The notes below the pieces were generated by a model. The model was given only the letters and a program-made list of their open reading frames with translations. It did not search any database and was not told where the DNA came from. Shown here one piece after another: positions 28,624 through 42,079 of a DNA stretch of 64,000 nucleotides. Position numbers and translations under genes: made by a program. This DNA comes from Malacoraja senta (taxonomy: Eukaryota): contig CM075991.1 in assembly GCA_038087875.1 (NCBI GenBank), positions 11,658,001-11,722,000 on the forward strand, read 5' to 3'. Numbering within the stretch: the stretch's first letter is position 1; the number at the start of each line of letters is the position of its first letter.

Positions 28624-31023
28624 CTTGGAAACAGACACAGAGATAAAGCAAAATGTAAGGCACCAACCAGCCTGTTAATCACATTCCCAACACTGTAACG
28701 GAAAGGTTTCTGATTATCATAGAGCATAGAACAGTACAGGTCAGGAACAGGCCCTTTGGCCCACAATGTCTGTGTTGAACATGATGCCAAGACCAACACT
28801 TATCTGCCTGCACATGATTAATATCCCTTAATTTCCTGCACATCCATATGCCTACAGTATACGCCACTTTGGTTAGCACGCAACAAAAGCTTTTTGCTGA
28901 ACCTCGGTACACGTGACAATAAACTAAACTCATAATTGTGTAAATCCTTTCAGGCCTACTTATTAAAGAAAATTAACACATTCTGTAAGAGAAATAACAA
29001 CCAAAAATTAATTTGGCATCTACATCTTTGCAGCTGGACAAAACCCTGGTTACACCTCATCTAAAGTAATTGTGCAAATTGCAAAGCACTGCTTCCTGGG
29101 TCGGAGCGAGTCATAGAGTCATCTTTCGGCCCAACTTGCCCACAGTAAACAACATGTCCCATCTACACTAGTCCCACATGCATGCGTTTTGCCCGTATCC
29201 CTCCCAGCCTTCCCTATCCATGTAACTGTCCAAATGTTTCATAAACTTTGTGATAATACCTGCCTCAACTACCTCCTCTGGCTGCCGGTTCCATATACCC
29301 ACCACGCTTTGTATAAAAAAGTTGCCCCTCAGCTTCCTAATACATCTTTCTCCCCTCACCTTAACCCTATGTCCTCCAGTTTGTGATTTCCCCTAATCAG
29401 GTTAAGAGACGAAGATGGACACAAAATGCTGGAGTAACTCAGCAGGACAGGCAGCATCTCTGGATAGAAGGAATGGGCGATATTTTGGTCTGAAGAAGGG
29501 TCTCGACCCGAAACGTCACCCATTCCTTCTCTCTAGAGATGCTGCCTGTCTATCCAGGTTACAGCTGCAGTCTATCCAGGCCCTGCGTGCAGTCTCCAGC
29601 TCTGCAGGTAGCTCGCTTACAATGCTAAACACATCCGAGACACCTTATCTGCTCCTCACCTTTTGTCAACATCTGATTCATTGCAGGTCACTAGCTAACA
29701 CTTTTGCCTCTCATGAGTCTTACTCCAATTTTGAGAACATATTGCAAGCTTCTTGCATTTCTACTCCGACCATTAAAGGCAAATGTGTTTCGATATTCCA
29801 GTCCTCCCAAATTAATGCTAACATTGCATTTGGTTTCCTTACTACGGATTCAACTTGCAAATTAACTCTTTGGGAATCCTGCACCAGCATTCCGTCCCCT
29901 TGCACCTCTGATTTCTGAACCCTTTCCCCATTTCGAATATATTCTATGTCTTTATTCCTACTACCAAAATACATGACAGAAAACTTTGCTACACTCTATT
30001 CTATCTGCCACTTCTTTGCCTACCCCCCAACCTGACCAAGTCCTTCTGCAGAGTCCCTGCTTTCTCTACACAACTCTCCACTAAGACAGCTGAGCAACAC
30101 TGATGTAATTCAATACGCTGCCCTGACCTAAGACAGCAATGTGCTTTTAAAAATCCACCACTGTTCAAAAATTAAATGCAGTTGATAATGTTCTATCAAG
30201 AGGTGAGCAGTGGGGTTGAGATGGGAGGGGTTGATAATGTTGAACAGAACAAAAAGAGGATAGGCACAAAAAGCTGGAGTAACTCAGCGGGACAAACAGC
30301 ATCTCTGGAGAGAAGGAATGGGTGACTTTTCGGGTCGAGACCCTACTTCAGACAAGTCAGACTCCTGAAACATCACCCATTCCTTCTCTCCAGAAATGCT
30401 GCTTGTCCCGTTGAGTTACTCCAGCTTTTTGTGTCTATCTTTGGTTTAAACCAGCATCTGCAGTTCCTTCTTACACAGAACAAAAACAGGGTTGTGATCT
30501 GAAGGGTTAATAATACTCCAGACTGTTCCCTCTCACAGCAAGAGGGGGTTTCTATCCATCAGTTGATATTCTCACCTTTGAACACCATGCAAACACACAT
30601 TCCTAACCTGGGCTCATGCTACTGCAGTTCCAAATCATTGCATAGCCTCAAGATCAGGGCAACAAATATCAGCTCTCACAGCCTGAGAAGTGAGGAGGCA
30701 AAAGCGAACTTCCCTAATAGCTTGCAGCGGTTTTCCTGTTGTCACCTTCGAACTTGGCAAAGTTCAAATGGAACAGAGAATTGGAGCTTCTACAGCCAAA
30801 ATAAAAGCAGGAATTGGACTCAAATGATGCCAGAAGATTAACCCACTTCACTATGGGCGAGGAAACAAATTCTGTTGTTCAGAAGCCAAAGAACACACAC
30901 ACACAAATCTTCATGCACTGATTAGCTGAATGAGTTGGTGGCAGGTTTGGGTCCAAAATAAAGGGACAAAAACACAGTGTTACAGCGTGAGCCACACACA
31001 ATTCCCAACATGCAAATACATAC

Positions 31024-31056
31024 CCTTAGCGGGGGTAGAGGTTGCATCAGTTAATG
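31024..31056 (-). CDS. PPP3CC: Candidate 33-nt cassette micro-exon 13 of PPP3CC (ALTDATSTPAK)
   Basis: Phase 1/1 and frame-preserving. Donor AGG|gtatgt, upstream pyrimidine tract, first AG is gaag. Positionally equivalent to the mammalian ATVEAIEADE exon. Confidence 0.55.
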
Positions 31057-31688
31057 CTTCAGAGTGAATCCCAGCATGGAATGGGAGAGAGAGGAAAGCA
31101 GAGTCATCATTAAATATTATCATTGAATAAACATTGTGTATGGGGGCCAACAAGGAGACGGCAAAGGGGAGAGGGTGGACAGGGCAGAGGGTTGGGGCAA
31201 TGAGGAGTGCGAGGTTGCAGGGGAGAGGCGAGGGGCGGGCGGGTGACAATAGACAATAGGTGCAGGAGTAGGCCATTTGGCCCTTCGAGCCAGCACAGCC
31301 ATTCAATGTGATCATGGCTGATCATCCACAATCAGTACCCGGTACACAATCAAGTGGGGAGGAGCGGTGCCAGGGGAAAGGGCAAGAGGGGGGGGCTATG
31401 GCACCAGGGACGTGTGGGAGGGGATTAGGGCACCAGGGGCGAGGGGAGGGGTGGGGCGGCACCGGAAGCAAGGGAAGGGCAGGAGCGCACCAGGGGCGAG
31501 ATAGGAAGGGGGCACCAGGGGCGAGGAGTGGGCGGGAGGAGAGGAGCAGCACCTGGGGCAAGTGGGAAGAGGAGGAGGGCACCAGGGGCGAGGGAGCAGA
31601 GTAGAGGCGGGCTGGCCAGAGCACAGGAGACGCAGTGCTGAGGGCTTTGATGTTGGGTCTCTGCTGGGCATGCTTGAGCGCTGCTAAC

Positions 31689-31786
31689 CTTGCTCCAGGC
31701 TCGGTCTCCCTCCTGTCAGGGCACCGAGCGGCAGGTTGCCGGATGGCGTCAAGCCTTTCAACGTCAGCACATTTTCATGCTCCTCT
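31689..31786 (-). CDS. PPP3CC: PPP3CC exon 12
   Basis: [32 protein letters not shown]; 98 nt. Confidence 0.92.
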
Positions 31787-31931
31787 CTATGAAGACCACA
31801 AAACAAGAAGCAGTCAATACGTGTCACACCAAAGTCCTCAACCCTATCGTGACATCCTACGTTATCTAGAGCCACCTTTACAATCCCACCACGGAGCGGT
31901 GAACTGCACCAACACGCTGACACAAGAATAC

Positions 31932-32013
31932 CTGAGCACCGCGAAGACCCTGGCCATCTTGCCGATTGCACGGATCTTATTCTTGATGACTTCCTTGCGA
32001 TCGTGTTGAGCTG
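31932..32013 (-). CDS. PPP3CC: PPP3CC exon 11 (calmodulin-binding helix)
   Basis: [27 protein letters not shown](R); tandem cagcag acceptor (alternative start 32010). Confidence 0.92.
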
Positions 32014-33409
32014 CTGAGGTAAAGAGTTAGAGCAAAAGCATGAATTAGGAACAGAGCACCATCTACATTTCAAAGCAGTGCACAGCAAAGGGAAAACAAG
32101 GTGGCAACTGCATCCGGCCACTTCCTAGGTGGGTGTGGTCATCACTGGCACTGCACAGTTTTGTATAAACCTAGAGAGAGGTGCAGGGGCAGAGATAAGC
32201 TGAAGTCCAGCTGAAACAGTATCACTCCAATGGGTTAGAACATAGAACAGGAAAACACAGCACCCCACATTGTCCATGCCATAAATGATGCCAAGTTAAA
32301 CTCATCTCTGTCTGCCTGCATGTGCTCCATAACCCTCCCTGACCTGCATGTCCACGTGCCTTTTTAAAAGCCTTTCAAATGTCCTTCTCGATTCTGCCTC
32401 CACCACCACCCTTGGCTCGGACCAGACACCCACCTCTCTGTGTGCAAATAAACGTTTGTCCGCGTATCTCCTTTAAACTTTGTTCCTCTCACCTTAAAGT
32501 TATGACATTTATTTCCTTGGTCCTTGACATTCCTCTACCCTGTTGAAAAAGGTTCTGACCGCCTGCCCTGTCTGTGCCTCTCATAATTTTATATACTTCT
32601 ATCATGTCTCCGCTCAGCCTCTGACTTTCCAGACAAAAACAATCCATGTTTGTCCAATCTCTTCTTATCGGTAATAGATAAATACCCTCTAATCCAGGCA
32701 GCATTCTTGTAAACGCCACTTGCCTCCATTTAGATCTTGTAATGGGGCCACCAGAACTGCACACAATGGTCCAAATGCAGCCTAACCAAAGTCCTATAAA
32801 GCTGCAACATGACTTCCTAACTCTTATACTCAATGCCCCGACCAATGAAGGCAAGCACGCCACTCTATCTACATGTGATGTAACTTTCAGGGAGCCCAAG
32901 ATCCCTCTACACATCAATGCTGTTGTGTCTTGCAATTAACTGTATATTTTCCCCATACATTTTAAACCTCCCAAAATGCTACACCTCACACCAGCTCGGA
33001 TTAAACTCCATCTGCCATTTCTCCACCCATCACTAAGTTTCCAGCTCCTGCCTCATCCCTCATCCTTAGCTTTTTACACCGGACAGATATCCCCCCTTTA
33101 CACGCACAGTCTTAATGCAGGATCTCAACCTGAAACGCAATCTTTACACTGGCTACTTCCTCTTTACATTCGCAACCCGCATTGCCGACTATCCCTTTGC
33201 CCTCACAGATGCTGTCTGACCTGCAGAGTTCCTGCAGCTGCTTGTTTTATGCTCCAGATTCTACCATCTGCAGTCTCTTGTGTCTTCATCTTCCCAGATG
33301 CTGCCTGCAAATCATTTCTCCCCTCCCTCTTTGCTCCGAAATGTGGCCATGTCTAAAATGGTTCACGTACTTCCTTCAACTACTAGCATTAGTGTAAAAC
33401 TGCACTTAC

Positions 33410-33475
33410 CATCATCCTCATCCAAGAGCTCGTCATCGGTGCAGACGTTGAGGATACTAACCAACATGTCTGTAA
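33410..33475 (-). CDS. PPP3CC: PPP3CC exon 10
   Basis: (V)TDMLVSILNVCTDDELLDEDD; 66 nt; cag/gtaagt. Confidence 0.92.
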
Positions 33476-33837
33476 CTGTAAAAGAAAGCAGAGCAGTTCC
33501 ACATGGTGCCGGCCACACAGCCCGCACTCACTGAATGAAGCCTTACTCACAATGTCTACAGCCAAAGCACATCAGGTGTGTGTTACAATATCACACTCAG
33601 TGTAACAACTGGACCACAAGTCACCCAGCCCAACCAAAGTGCAAAACTCCCAGTATGAGAAAGGTTCCCAGCCAGAAACGTTGTCTGTCCATTCCCTCCA
33701 CAGATGCTGCCTGACCTGCTGAGTTCTTCCAGCGCTTTGTGTTTTGTACAACACTTCCAATACTTTCACACGCAATATCTCCCCCTGCCTCCACCGAGAA
33801 AACGACCCAACTCCAATGCCCTTGTTCTGGATTTATT

Positions 33838-34137
33838 TTAGAGATACAGCGCGGAAACAGGACCTTCGGCCCACCGAGTCCGCACCGACCAGCCATCCCC
33901 GCACATTAACACAATCCTACACACACTAGGGACAATTTACACTTACACCAAGCCAATATGTGTCTGGAGTGTCCTATATGTCTCTGGAGTGTGGGAGGAA
34001 ACGGAAGAACTCGGAGAAAACCCACGCGGTCACGGGGAGAACGTGCATACTCCGTACAGACAGCACCGGTAGTCGGGATTGAACCCGGGTCTCTGGCGCT
34101 GCAAGACAGCAACTACCGCTGCGCCACCGTGGCTGCC
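33838..34137 (-). mobile_element. HE1-like V-SINE
   Basis: Full head, V-domain and tail. Confidence 0.8.
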
Positions 34138-34296
34138 CACTGGAGCACGCCTCTTCCAAATTTCACCTCCTTCCCTCATTGCATTCCCATGCTTGCCCCA
34201 TCTCTCTCTCTCTCTCACCCTTCCCTGGACTTTGGCCTGCCCTCTGACCTATTTCTCCAAATACGAAAAGGAACCAAATTATTTATAAATGCATCA

Positions 34297-34485
<189 letters not shown>

Positions 34486-34598
34486 TCATCCCTTATCACC
34501 TTGTACACACAAGCTGACGAAGCAGAATCATTGCCTGACTGTGGCAATACGAGGATGAATGAATGATTCAAGCTCTTGTTTTAAAAGATGAACCTCAC

Positions 34599-34693
34599 CT
34601 TTGTTATTATAGACATCCAGATAATTTGGTGCAGAAAATATCGTTATTAATGATGGGAAGCCAGTTGCCTGGTTTTTCCTATACATTCGATAT
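34599..34693 (-). CDS. PPP3CC: PPP3CC exon 8 (SAPNY motif)
   Basis: [31 protein letters not shown]; 95 nt. Confidence 0.95.
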
Positions 34694-35778
34694 CTGTGGA
34701 TATGGGAATCATAGGTTAATATGTACAATCGTTTCAAATAACCAAAAGCAGGGAACAGTGATCAGAGAGGGGTTGAGGGCTAACCCCTGGTTGCTGCAGT
34801 TCAACGAACAGGGAATAGGCATCTCCACCAAAGTGAAGGGGGAGAAGCCTTCGGTACTGGAGCAAGAGGTAAATGAACTCTGGAACAAGAGCAAGCGGGG
34901 AGTGGAAAACTACTGGATTGAGTGGGGAACAAGACCCCCCTGCCGTAGTCTTGGAAATAGACTCCTAATTTTCAGCAAGTGAAGAGTGGGCTCCTGCATC
35001 GGAGTGATCAGGGAACAGGTCTGGGACTACAAACTATGGAGTGCTTTATAAAGATCGGATCAAGTTGTAGACAATAAACAATAGGTGCAGGAGTAGGCCA
35101 TTCGGCCCTTCGAGCCACAATCAGTGATCATCCACAATCAGTACCCTGTTCCTGCCTTCTCCCCATATCCCCTGACTCTGCTATTATAGGAATCACAGCA
35201 CACATAAAAATGCCATAGGCAGCAATGAGTTGGCTGAGATATTTTACAGGGCAAATATCTGGCAGGCCAACAAATAGAAGAACCTTATTTGAATTTGAAT
35301 GTTACTATTGGATCATTTATATTCATTGCGTGGGCAGTGGAGCTAAAGATTAAAGCCCCACATACAAAAGTGGAACTCAGAACAATGCAGTTGAGTTCTC
35401 TTGGTAAACCTCTCTGACACTGAAGGTTCTGTAATGACTGCCACTTGCTGGGGATTCAGGGGATAGCAACAGTTGCCTTTTATCAGTGTAGAAGCTTTCA
35501 TTCTTCATTTGCAGTTATACCAGGTGGAAGTGTGCAGCTCAGTTCTACAGAGGGAGAAGCTGAGGGAGAGAGGAGAGAGCTGAGAACTTTATCTGGCCCT
35601 CTCCCGACCAATCCTCACCCCCTGAAGGGGGTGCGTGCGGGGAGATGAGGCGGCTTCTTCATCTGCCAACCCGACCTTCCCAGCAAAGCTCTGCCTCTCA
35701 GCACCATAGACAGCAAAAACAAGCACAAAATAAATAAAACATTCACTCCCAACGTGATCCGGGGAAATCACAGCTTAC

Positions 35779-35856
35779 CCAGCGTCCTGAGCCTCGTGTG
35801 CACGGATTACTGATAACAAGTTGTTGTGTTGCAAAAATTTACAAACTGCGGCATAA
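35779..35856 (-). CDS. PPP3CC: PPP3CC exon 7 (RAHE motif)
   Basis: [25 protein letters not shown](G); 78 nt; cag/gtaag. Confidence 0.95.
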
Positions 35857-36644
35857 CTGCAAAGGAGACACAAATACTGTTAGAGCAGGCGAGCGGCTTG
35901 TCCTCAAGTAATGACAGGGCCCATGTAAAACATCCCAATCCTTTCAGCACTGACTCTAAGCCTGTTTCCATATCTATTTTCGAGATATAGATCAAGAGAG
36001 TTAAGGGGAGAAACAGTGCAAATATTCAACGCGGTAATGGGAAAAGACCAACAAGTCCTCGAGCCTGCTCTTAAATAGAGTAGTATCCAGAAATGGCTAT
36101 CAATGAAAGGTCATCAATATAAACAGTTAGCTCTTCTCTCTCCACAGATGTTTTCTAATCTGCTGGGTATTTTCTGTTTATATTTCAGATTTCTAGCAGT
36201 ATTTTGTGTTATGGTTGATAGAGACAGATAAACCAGATCCATACATGGACAGAACATGGAGGCATATTCTTACAAATTAGAGCAGGTTGTTCTTCACAAT
36301 GGACATCTAGAAGTCTCTCCCCCAAAAGGCTGAACCTGGGAGTGCAGGGAGTCAATAACATTTTCAAAATTAAGTTTAAAAAAAGATGCTGATTGGGTAA
36401 AAGTATTACAGGTTAAGATGAACTTGATAGCGCACACCACCAGAGGCAGGAACAGCCTCTTCCCCTCTGTTATCAGGCTTCTGAACGATCCTTCCACAGG
36501 TGATGGTACTGTCCAATTCATCTCTATCCCATTGTGGACTTTGTCTATGCAACTGATGTACTGCAATGCTGAGAACTATATTCTGCACTGTGTATCTTCT
36601 CCTTTGCTCTATCTATTGTACTTGAGTTTGACTTCTTATAGAAC

Positions 36645-37375
36645 AATTTGGTTCCTTTTCAAGGTATAGAATAAACTGGAATAAAAGTGAAATTATGCCA
36701 ATAAAAGCTCAAGACCCTTCACAACTCCAAAAATTTCCTTTTAGAATTGTTACTGAAAAATGTAGATACCTTGGAGTCTACTTGACTAGAAAAGACACCT
36801 CTCTATTTCAAACAAATTTCCCACCATTAATTACTAAATTAAATGCCCTCATTCAATTCTGGAAAACACTCCCTATTTCCCTTATAGGTAGAGTAAATGC
36901 CATAAAGATGATTTTCCTTCCACAACTCCTATACCTATTTCAATCAATACCGATATATCTCCCCAAAAGTTTCTTTTTTTAATTGACTCTGTTATCACAA
37001 ATTTCATTTGGGACTATAAAACCCATAGAATACATAACAGACATTTGTGTAAATCTAAAGAAAATGGAGGATTAGCACTCCTTAATTTCCTTTTCTACTA
37101 CTGGGCGACTAATGTTAAAAACTTAATCTACTGGATGGATGATACATGTCAACAGGTAAATTGGTTAAAAATGAAGAGGGAAGATTGTTTGCCTTTTAAT
37201 ATAGGAGCGATTCTTCTTTCTCCACCACATCTGAATAAATCAACGTATGAGCAAAATCTGATAATACACAGTACCCTACGCATTTGGAAACAGTTGAAAT
37301 TAAGTCTCAAACTGAGAAATTTCTCTCTCCTACCAATCGCTAACAATCCCTCGTTTAAACCGTCTACTTTAGATT
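36645..37375 (+). mobile_element. L1-clade ORF2 fragment
   Basis: RYLGVYLT...WKTLPISLIGRVNAIKMIFLPQLLYLFQSIP; KENGGLALLNF..YYWA. Confidence 0.85.
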
Positions 37376-38369
37376 AGATAGACTTAATTGTGCTTATGTA
37401 TGGTATTATCTGATCTGCTTAAGAAGGAACTGTAGATGCTAGTTTACACCCAAGATGGGCACAAAATGCTGGAGTAACTCAGCGGGACAGGCAGCATCTC
37501 TGGATAGAACGGGTGACGTTTCGGTTCGAGACCCTTCATCAGACCCTATCTGATCTGTTTGGACAGCATGCAAAAAAGGGTTTCTCATTGCACCTCAGTA
37601 TACATGACAATAATAAAGCTATACCATTGAAACTGAATGGTAGAGCAGGCTCGAAGAACTGAAGGCTGGATAATCCAACAATTTATTCAACTGTTTAAAA
37701 ACTGGGTACATCAGAGGGATTTAATCAATAGAGGTGGGTGGAGTAGATGAGAACAAGGGATTTAATCAATAGAGGTGGGTGGAGTAGATGAGAACAATTC
37801 TTCCCTGTGGTGGAATCTAGAATAAGTGGGACTATATTTTAAGATGTCGCAGCGCTGGTTAGGAAGGGTCTGAAAGAAGCTGAGTGGAAAAAAAGCGTGG
37901 AATATTGCACGTTGCAGAAGAAGCCCAGGGTCATTGAGTTATAGAACATGGAAACAGGCCCTTCGGCCCCACTCATCCATGCCGGCCAGGGTGCTTGTCA
38001 CATTTGCTGGTGTTTGGCCCATATCCCTCTAAACCTTTCATATCCATGAACCTGTCCAAATGTCTTTTAAATTATGTTATAGAACGTGCCTCAACTACCT
38101 CCTCAGGTTCCTATGAAATCTTACCATAAACCTATGTCCTCTGGTTCTGGATGCCTCCACCCTGGGTAAAAACTCTGTGCTGTCACACTCTATATTCCCC
38201 TCATGATGTTATGCATCTCTATAAGATCACCCTTCAGCCTCCTGCGCTCCAGATTCAAAAGGCACAAGACTGGAGGATGACCCAATACTGTCTATGCAGA
38301 CTAGGACTAGCTTCCCCTATAACTGGGCCAAGCCATCTTTCACATACCCTCAATAGCACATGCACAAAC

Positions 38370-38509
38370 CTAAAGAAGTAGGAGCAGCCTCGTACAGTGT
38401 TGTGACTGAAGTGATCTGGAGTCTTCTCACTGCCATAGTCCTCGGTTGGATCCGACCACAGCATATCACACATGGGACCAAAGGCTGGTGGCTCTTTAAA
38501 TCTGTCTAA
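38370..38509 (-). CDS. PPP3CC: PPP3CC exon 6
   Basis: [46 protein letters not shown](S); 140 nt. Confidence 0.95.
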
Positions 38510-39477
38510 CTAAAAGATGAGATGAAGCATTAAAAGAAAATGGACCTCCAATTACAGAATGCATTTTACAATATCAGGACCTTCCCCAAATGCCTTACCA
38601 ACCACGAAGCTTTCATTTGATATGTGGCCTCTGTTACAGTGTGGCTGCACGCACGCGATCCCGTAAATTGTGCTGGGCTTGTGGATGTTTGAATGAAGTG
38701 GGTGATAGGAAGTGTGGGATGGGGGGAGGGGAGTGCGAGGGATGTGGGGAACTGCGGATAGTTGCTGGGAAGAGCGTAGGGTTGGAGAATGGAACGGGAA
38801 CAAAGTCTGCAACCGTTACCAGTTCATTCACAAAATGGAGAGGGGAAGTCCCTGCTGATCTGAATCCAAGGGGGAAGGGGAACAAAGAAAGGAAGCAAGC
38901 GTGAGTCAGAACAGGGCCAAATGATCACATTGAATGGCGGTGCTGGCTTGAAGGACCGAATGGCCTACTCCTGCACCTTTTGTCTATAATGCAGAGGTTT
39001 ATAGTTTGGGTAAAAGGGGAAAGGTCTATTATGTGAGGGAGTCTAGGAGAAACAAGGGGATAAAGGTCGAAGGAGTTCCATGTGTGGAGGTGTGCAGGCT
39101 GGGTGGGCAGCAGACCCCCAATGTTTATAAGCTCCATTACAAGAAGGAATGAGTTACAGGAGGGTGCAGGTGGTCTTACAGCGTGGCAGCACTCCTCCCC
39201 ACCCCATTACAACCCGCTCCTGTCCATCCCTCATTCTATTTCCATGCCCTACTCCATTCTCTCACAGTGCCATCTCCAAACCCACGTTCCACCCTTCTCA
39301 CTCTGCACCCAAAGTCATCTCCCAGTTCTCATCACAGGTTTACTGAGAAACCAAAAAGTGGTTCAAAACCAAGGGAGTGAACTTGCTTCTCGTACGGTGA
39401 CCTCCTTCTCCTCCTGCTTGCCACTGACCTGCTTCTTCTGGGCATCCTGTCCCACCTTCATGAGCACTCGTACTTAC

Positions 39478-39623
39478 TCTCCTAATGTCATCTAGACTGT
39501 GGATGTCCGGTGACAGGCCCCCGTGCAAGCAGAGGAACTGATGATTTACGAGGGCAGCCAGAGGCAGGCAGTCAAACGCACCCATGCAGACATTGTACAG
39601 TTGGTCTGAGTACTTGATTCTGC
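39478..39623 (-). CDS. PPP3CC: PPP3CC exon 5 (HGG motif)
   Basis: (C)RIKYSDQLYNVCMGAFDCLPLAALVNHQFLCLHGGLSPDIHSLDDIRR; 146 nt. Confidence 0.95.
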
Positions 39624-40504
39624 CTACAAACAGGAACGACATAAGGAATATTAACACACCACATACACTACCCCCACAACCCAGAGATAAACCAGAGTAC
39701 TGACAAACTGATGGCTTAGCACCCTATCACTGATTAAACTTCTAGCTTCCCTTCTGCACTTCCTCTCCCTTGATGACATTGGAGCCTCATTGCTTTTGAT
39801 CGCATGGACCGCCTCCATGTCATTGTCCTCAGAGACATCATACAGATGCCCAGATGAGTTTGGCACCTTTATGAATCTTCCTTATCCCTAGGATTATCCC
39901 AGGTTGAGCCGCTGATGAAATATAATAAGTAACTGTCAATCCAGCCCCAGAGGAATACATATCAATCGGATATTTTGTGTACTATTTGTAATTTTTTAAA
40001 GGGTACTTCCCATTTTACCGAAGAAAGCCCTTCACAAATGGGAGGGTGCTAGAATAATGAGCATCCTTAACACTGGATTCAAATCCTTTATCAACAAGTA
40101 AAGTCTTTGTGTGCAGCAGCAGAGATTTCTTCATCTCACTGACTTGTCAGCTACCTTCACTGCAGGAGAGACTCAATATGCAGAAGGAAAATTATCACAT
40201 TCCTAAAAGAGGTCACCGGAAACTGGGAATAATTCTGCACATATTTCATATCCCACCATGGACAAAATACTTGATGAGAATCGGAATGGTGGCACCTCAC
40301 AGTCACTCTGTTCTTGCAGCACTTCCATGGTGTGTGTCAATGGCTCCAGATCCAAGGTCTGCTACATGTATAGCTTCTCTCATGGCAGGGTATGCGAAAT
40401 AAGAGGAATCACTTCGTGGGGAAGGGAGGGATCCATAAAGGGAAGAGGATGATCACTGAGGAAATGATGAAGGTGGGTCATTATGTAGGGTGAGAGCTAT
40501 GTTT

Positions 40505-40857
40505 AGTTTAGTTTAGTTTAGAGATACAGCGCAGATAAGATACAGATAACCTTGGGCCCACCAAGCACACGTCGACCAGCGATCACCCTATACACTAACA
40601 TTATCCTACAAACATTGGGGACAATTTACAATTATACCAGGCCAATTAGCCTACAAACCTGTACATCTTTGGAGTGTGGAAGGAAACTGGATATCCCAAA
40701 GATATGCAGGATTTCCGGGAGATATCTCAGAGAAAACCCACGCCGGTCACGGGGAGAATGTACAAACTCCGTACAGACTGCAACCGTAGTCAGGATCGAA
40801 CACGGGTCTCTGGCGCTGTAGGGCAGCAATTCTACCGCTGCGCCACCGTGCTGCCCT
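40505..40857 (-). mobile_element. HE1-like V-SINE with (TAAAC)n tail
   Basis: Full head, V-domain and tail microsatellite. Confidence 0.8.
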
Positions 40858-41196
40858 GGTTTAGCAAGAGGATTCAATGACTGTAACTAGAGTTTTGCCA
40901 CCCAAGGATTGTCACACAGCTTAAAGCACTCTGTCTAGTGTGCAGTTTGCTCCAGAGGAGATGACGGTGCAATATAGGATTGCGTGTAAGAAGAGCTGCA
41001 AAGTCACACATTGCAACTCTGGGATAGTGACAGGGTGAGTAATGTACCCGATCCGTGGCCACATCCATTCTTGTCAGCTTGTTTTCTTTCTTGCCCTGGA
41101 CAAATGGAGCCGCATCCCAAGCTAATCGCTGGATATTCAGGCTAGGGACAAGCTCTGGCTGGATAAGCTTTCAGTCGGCCGATGAATTATACTCAC

Positions 41197-41308
41197 ACTC
41201 TTGTTTGAACGTGAAGTACTCAGTGAGGTGTCTGCACTCATGGTTCCCCCGGAGCAGGTACAACGTGGTTGCATGGTGAATCTTCAGGACCCAGAGAAGC
41301 AGCACACA
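41197..41308 (-). CDS. PPP3CC: PPP3CC exon 4 (RGNHE motif)
   Basis: [37 protein letters not shown]; 112 nt; tag/gtgagt. Confidence 0.95.
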
Positions 41309-42079
41309 CTACAAGAGGAAACATTAACAGAGAACCAGGCAGGAATAGGTGAATATGTAAGCGATTGTGGAATATTTCACGGGTGGCAGGTAAGAGCAAC
41401 CAGGGAAATTGATCAACCTATAGTTAGTGAAACAGTGGCAATGTGCGAGAGCTGTATTAACATCAGTAGATTTAAAACCAGTACATGTTGCTGGGGAGTA
41501 GGGTTCTGGAGATTACGTGAGAGAGCTTGATTGACCTCTGTGTAGTAAGACAAGGTATTGAATGTGGGGCTTACTGAAGGGTGTAATCTCAACATTACAA
41601 TCAGTGCAATGGGGCAGAGAGGTAACAGAGAGACAGGAGGAGAGAACTGGCACAGCAGCAGTTGCGGTGGTAGTACAGAGCAGTGGGGAAAATTGCTTAC
41701 TGAGCGATAGTGTGAGAGAGCTAATATCAGCAGAAATACATAGTCACTGAATGACAGTAGGATTGAACTTCCATTGCATCAGATAAAGATAGTAACTGCT
41801 GATTACAGTGGTTAGTGATAGAATTATATTAACATCAACGAGTGAGGGATAAGTTACTGACAGAGTAAGGAACCTGCAAACATTTCCTTTGTGAGTATTT
41901 CTTCAATTTCCCTATTAAAGTTACCATTCAATCTGATACCATACCCTTGTATGCATTAATGGAAGTCATTTTGTTGAGAAACAACGTTTTGGAATGTTCC
42001 CATCCAATATCTGAAACCTTGTGAGAAGTTAATGAAGTTATTCCAGTTCCATCACACTGTCATTCAGTTGTAAGCCCTG

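Noticed and set aside
31684..31688. CnA-beta1-like intron-12 read-through isoform
   Set aside because: Read-through stops after one codon (GGT TAG); no alternative C-terminus and no evidence of use.
37716..37797. 41-bp direct duplication
   Set aside because: Simple tandem duplication inside a decayed CR1 fragment.
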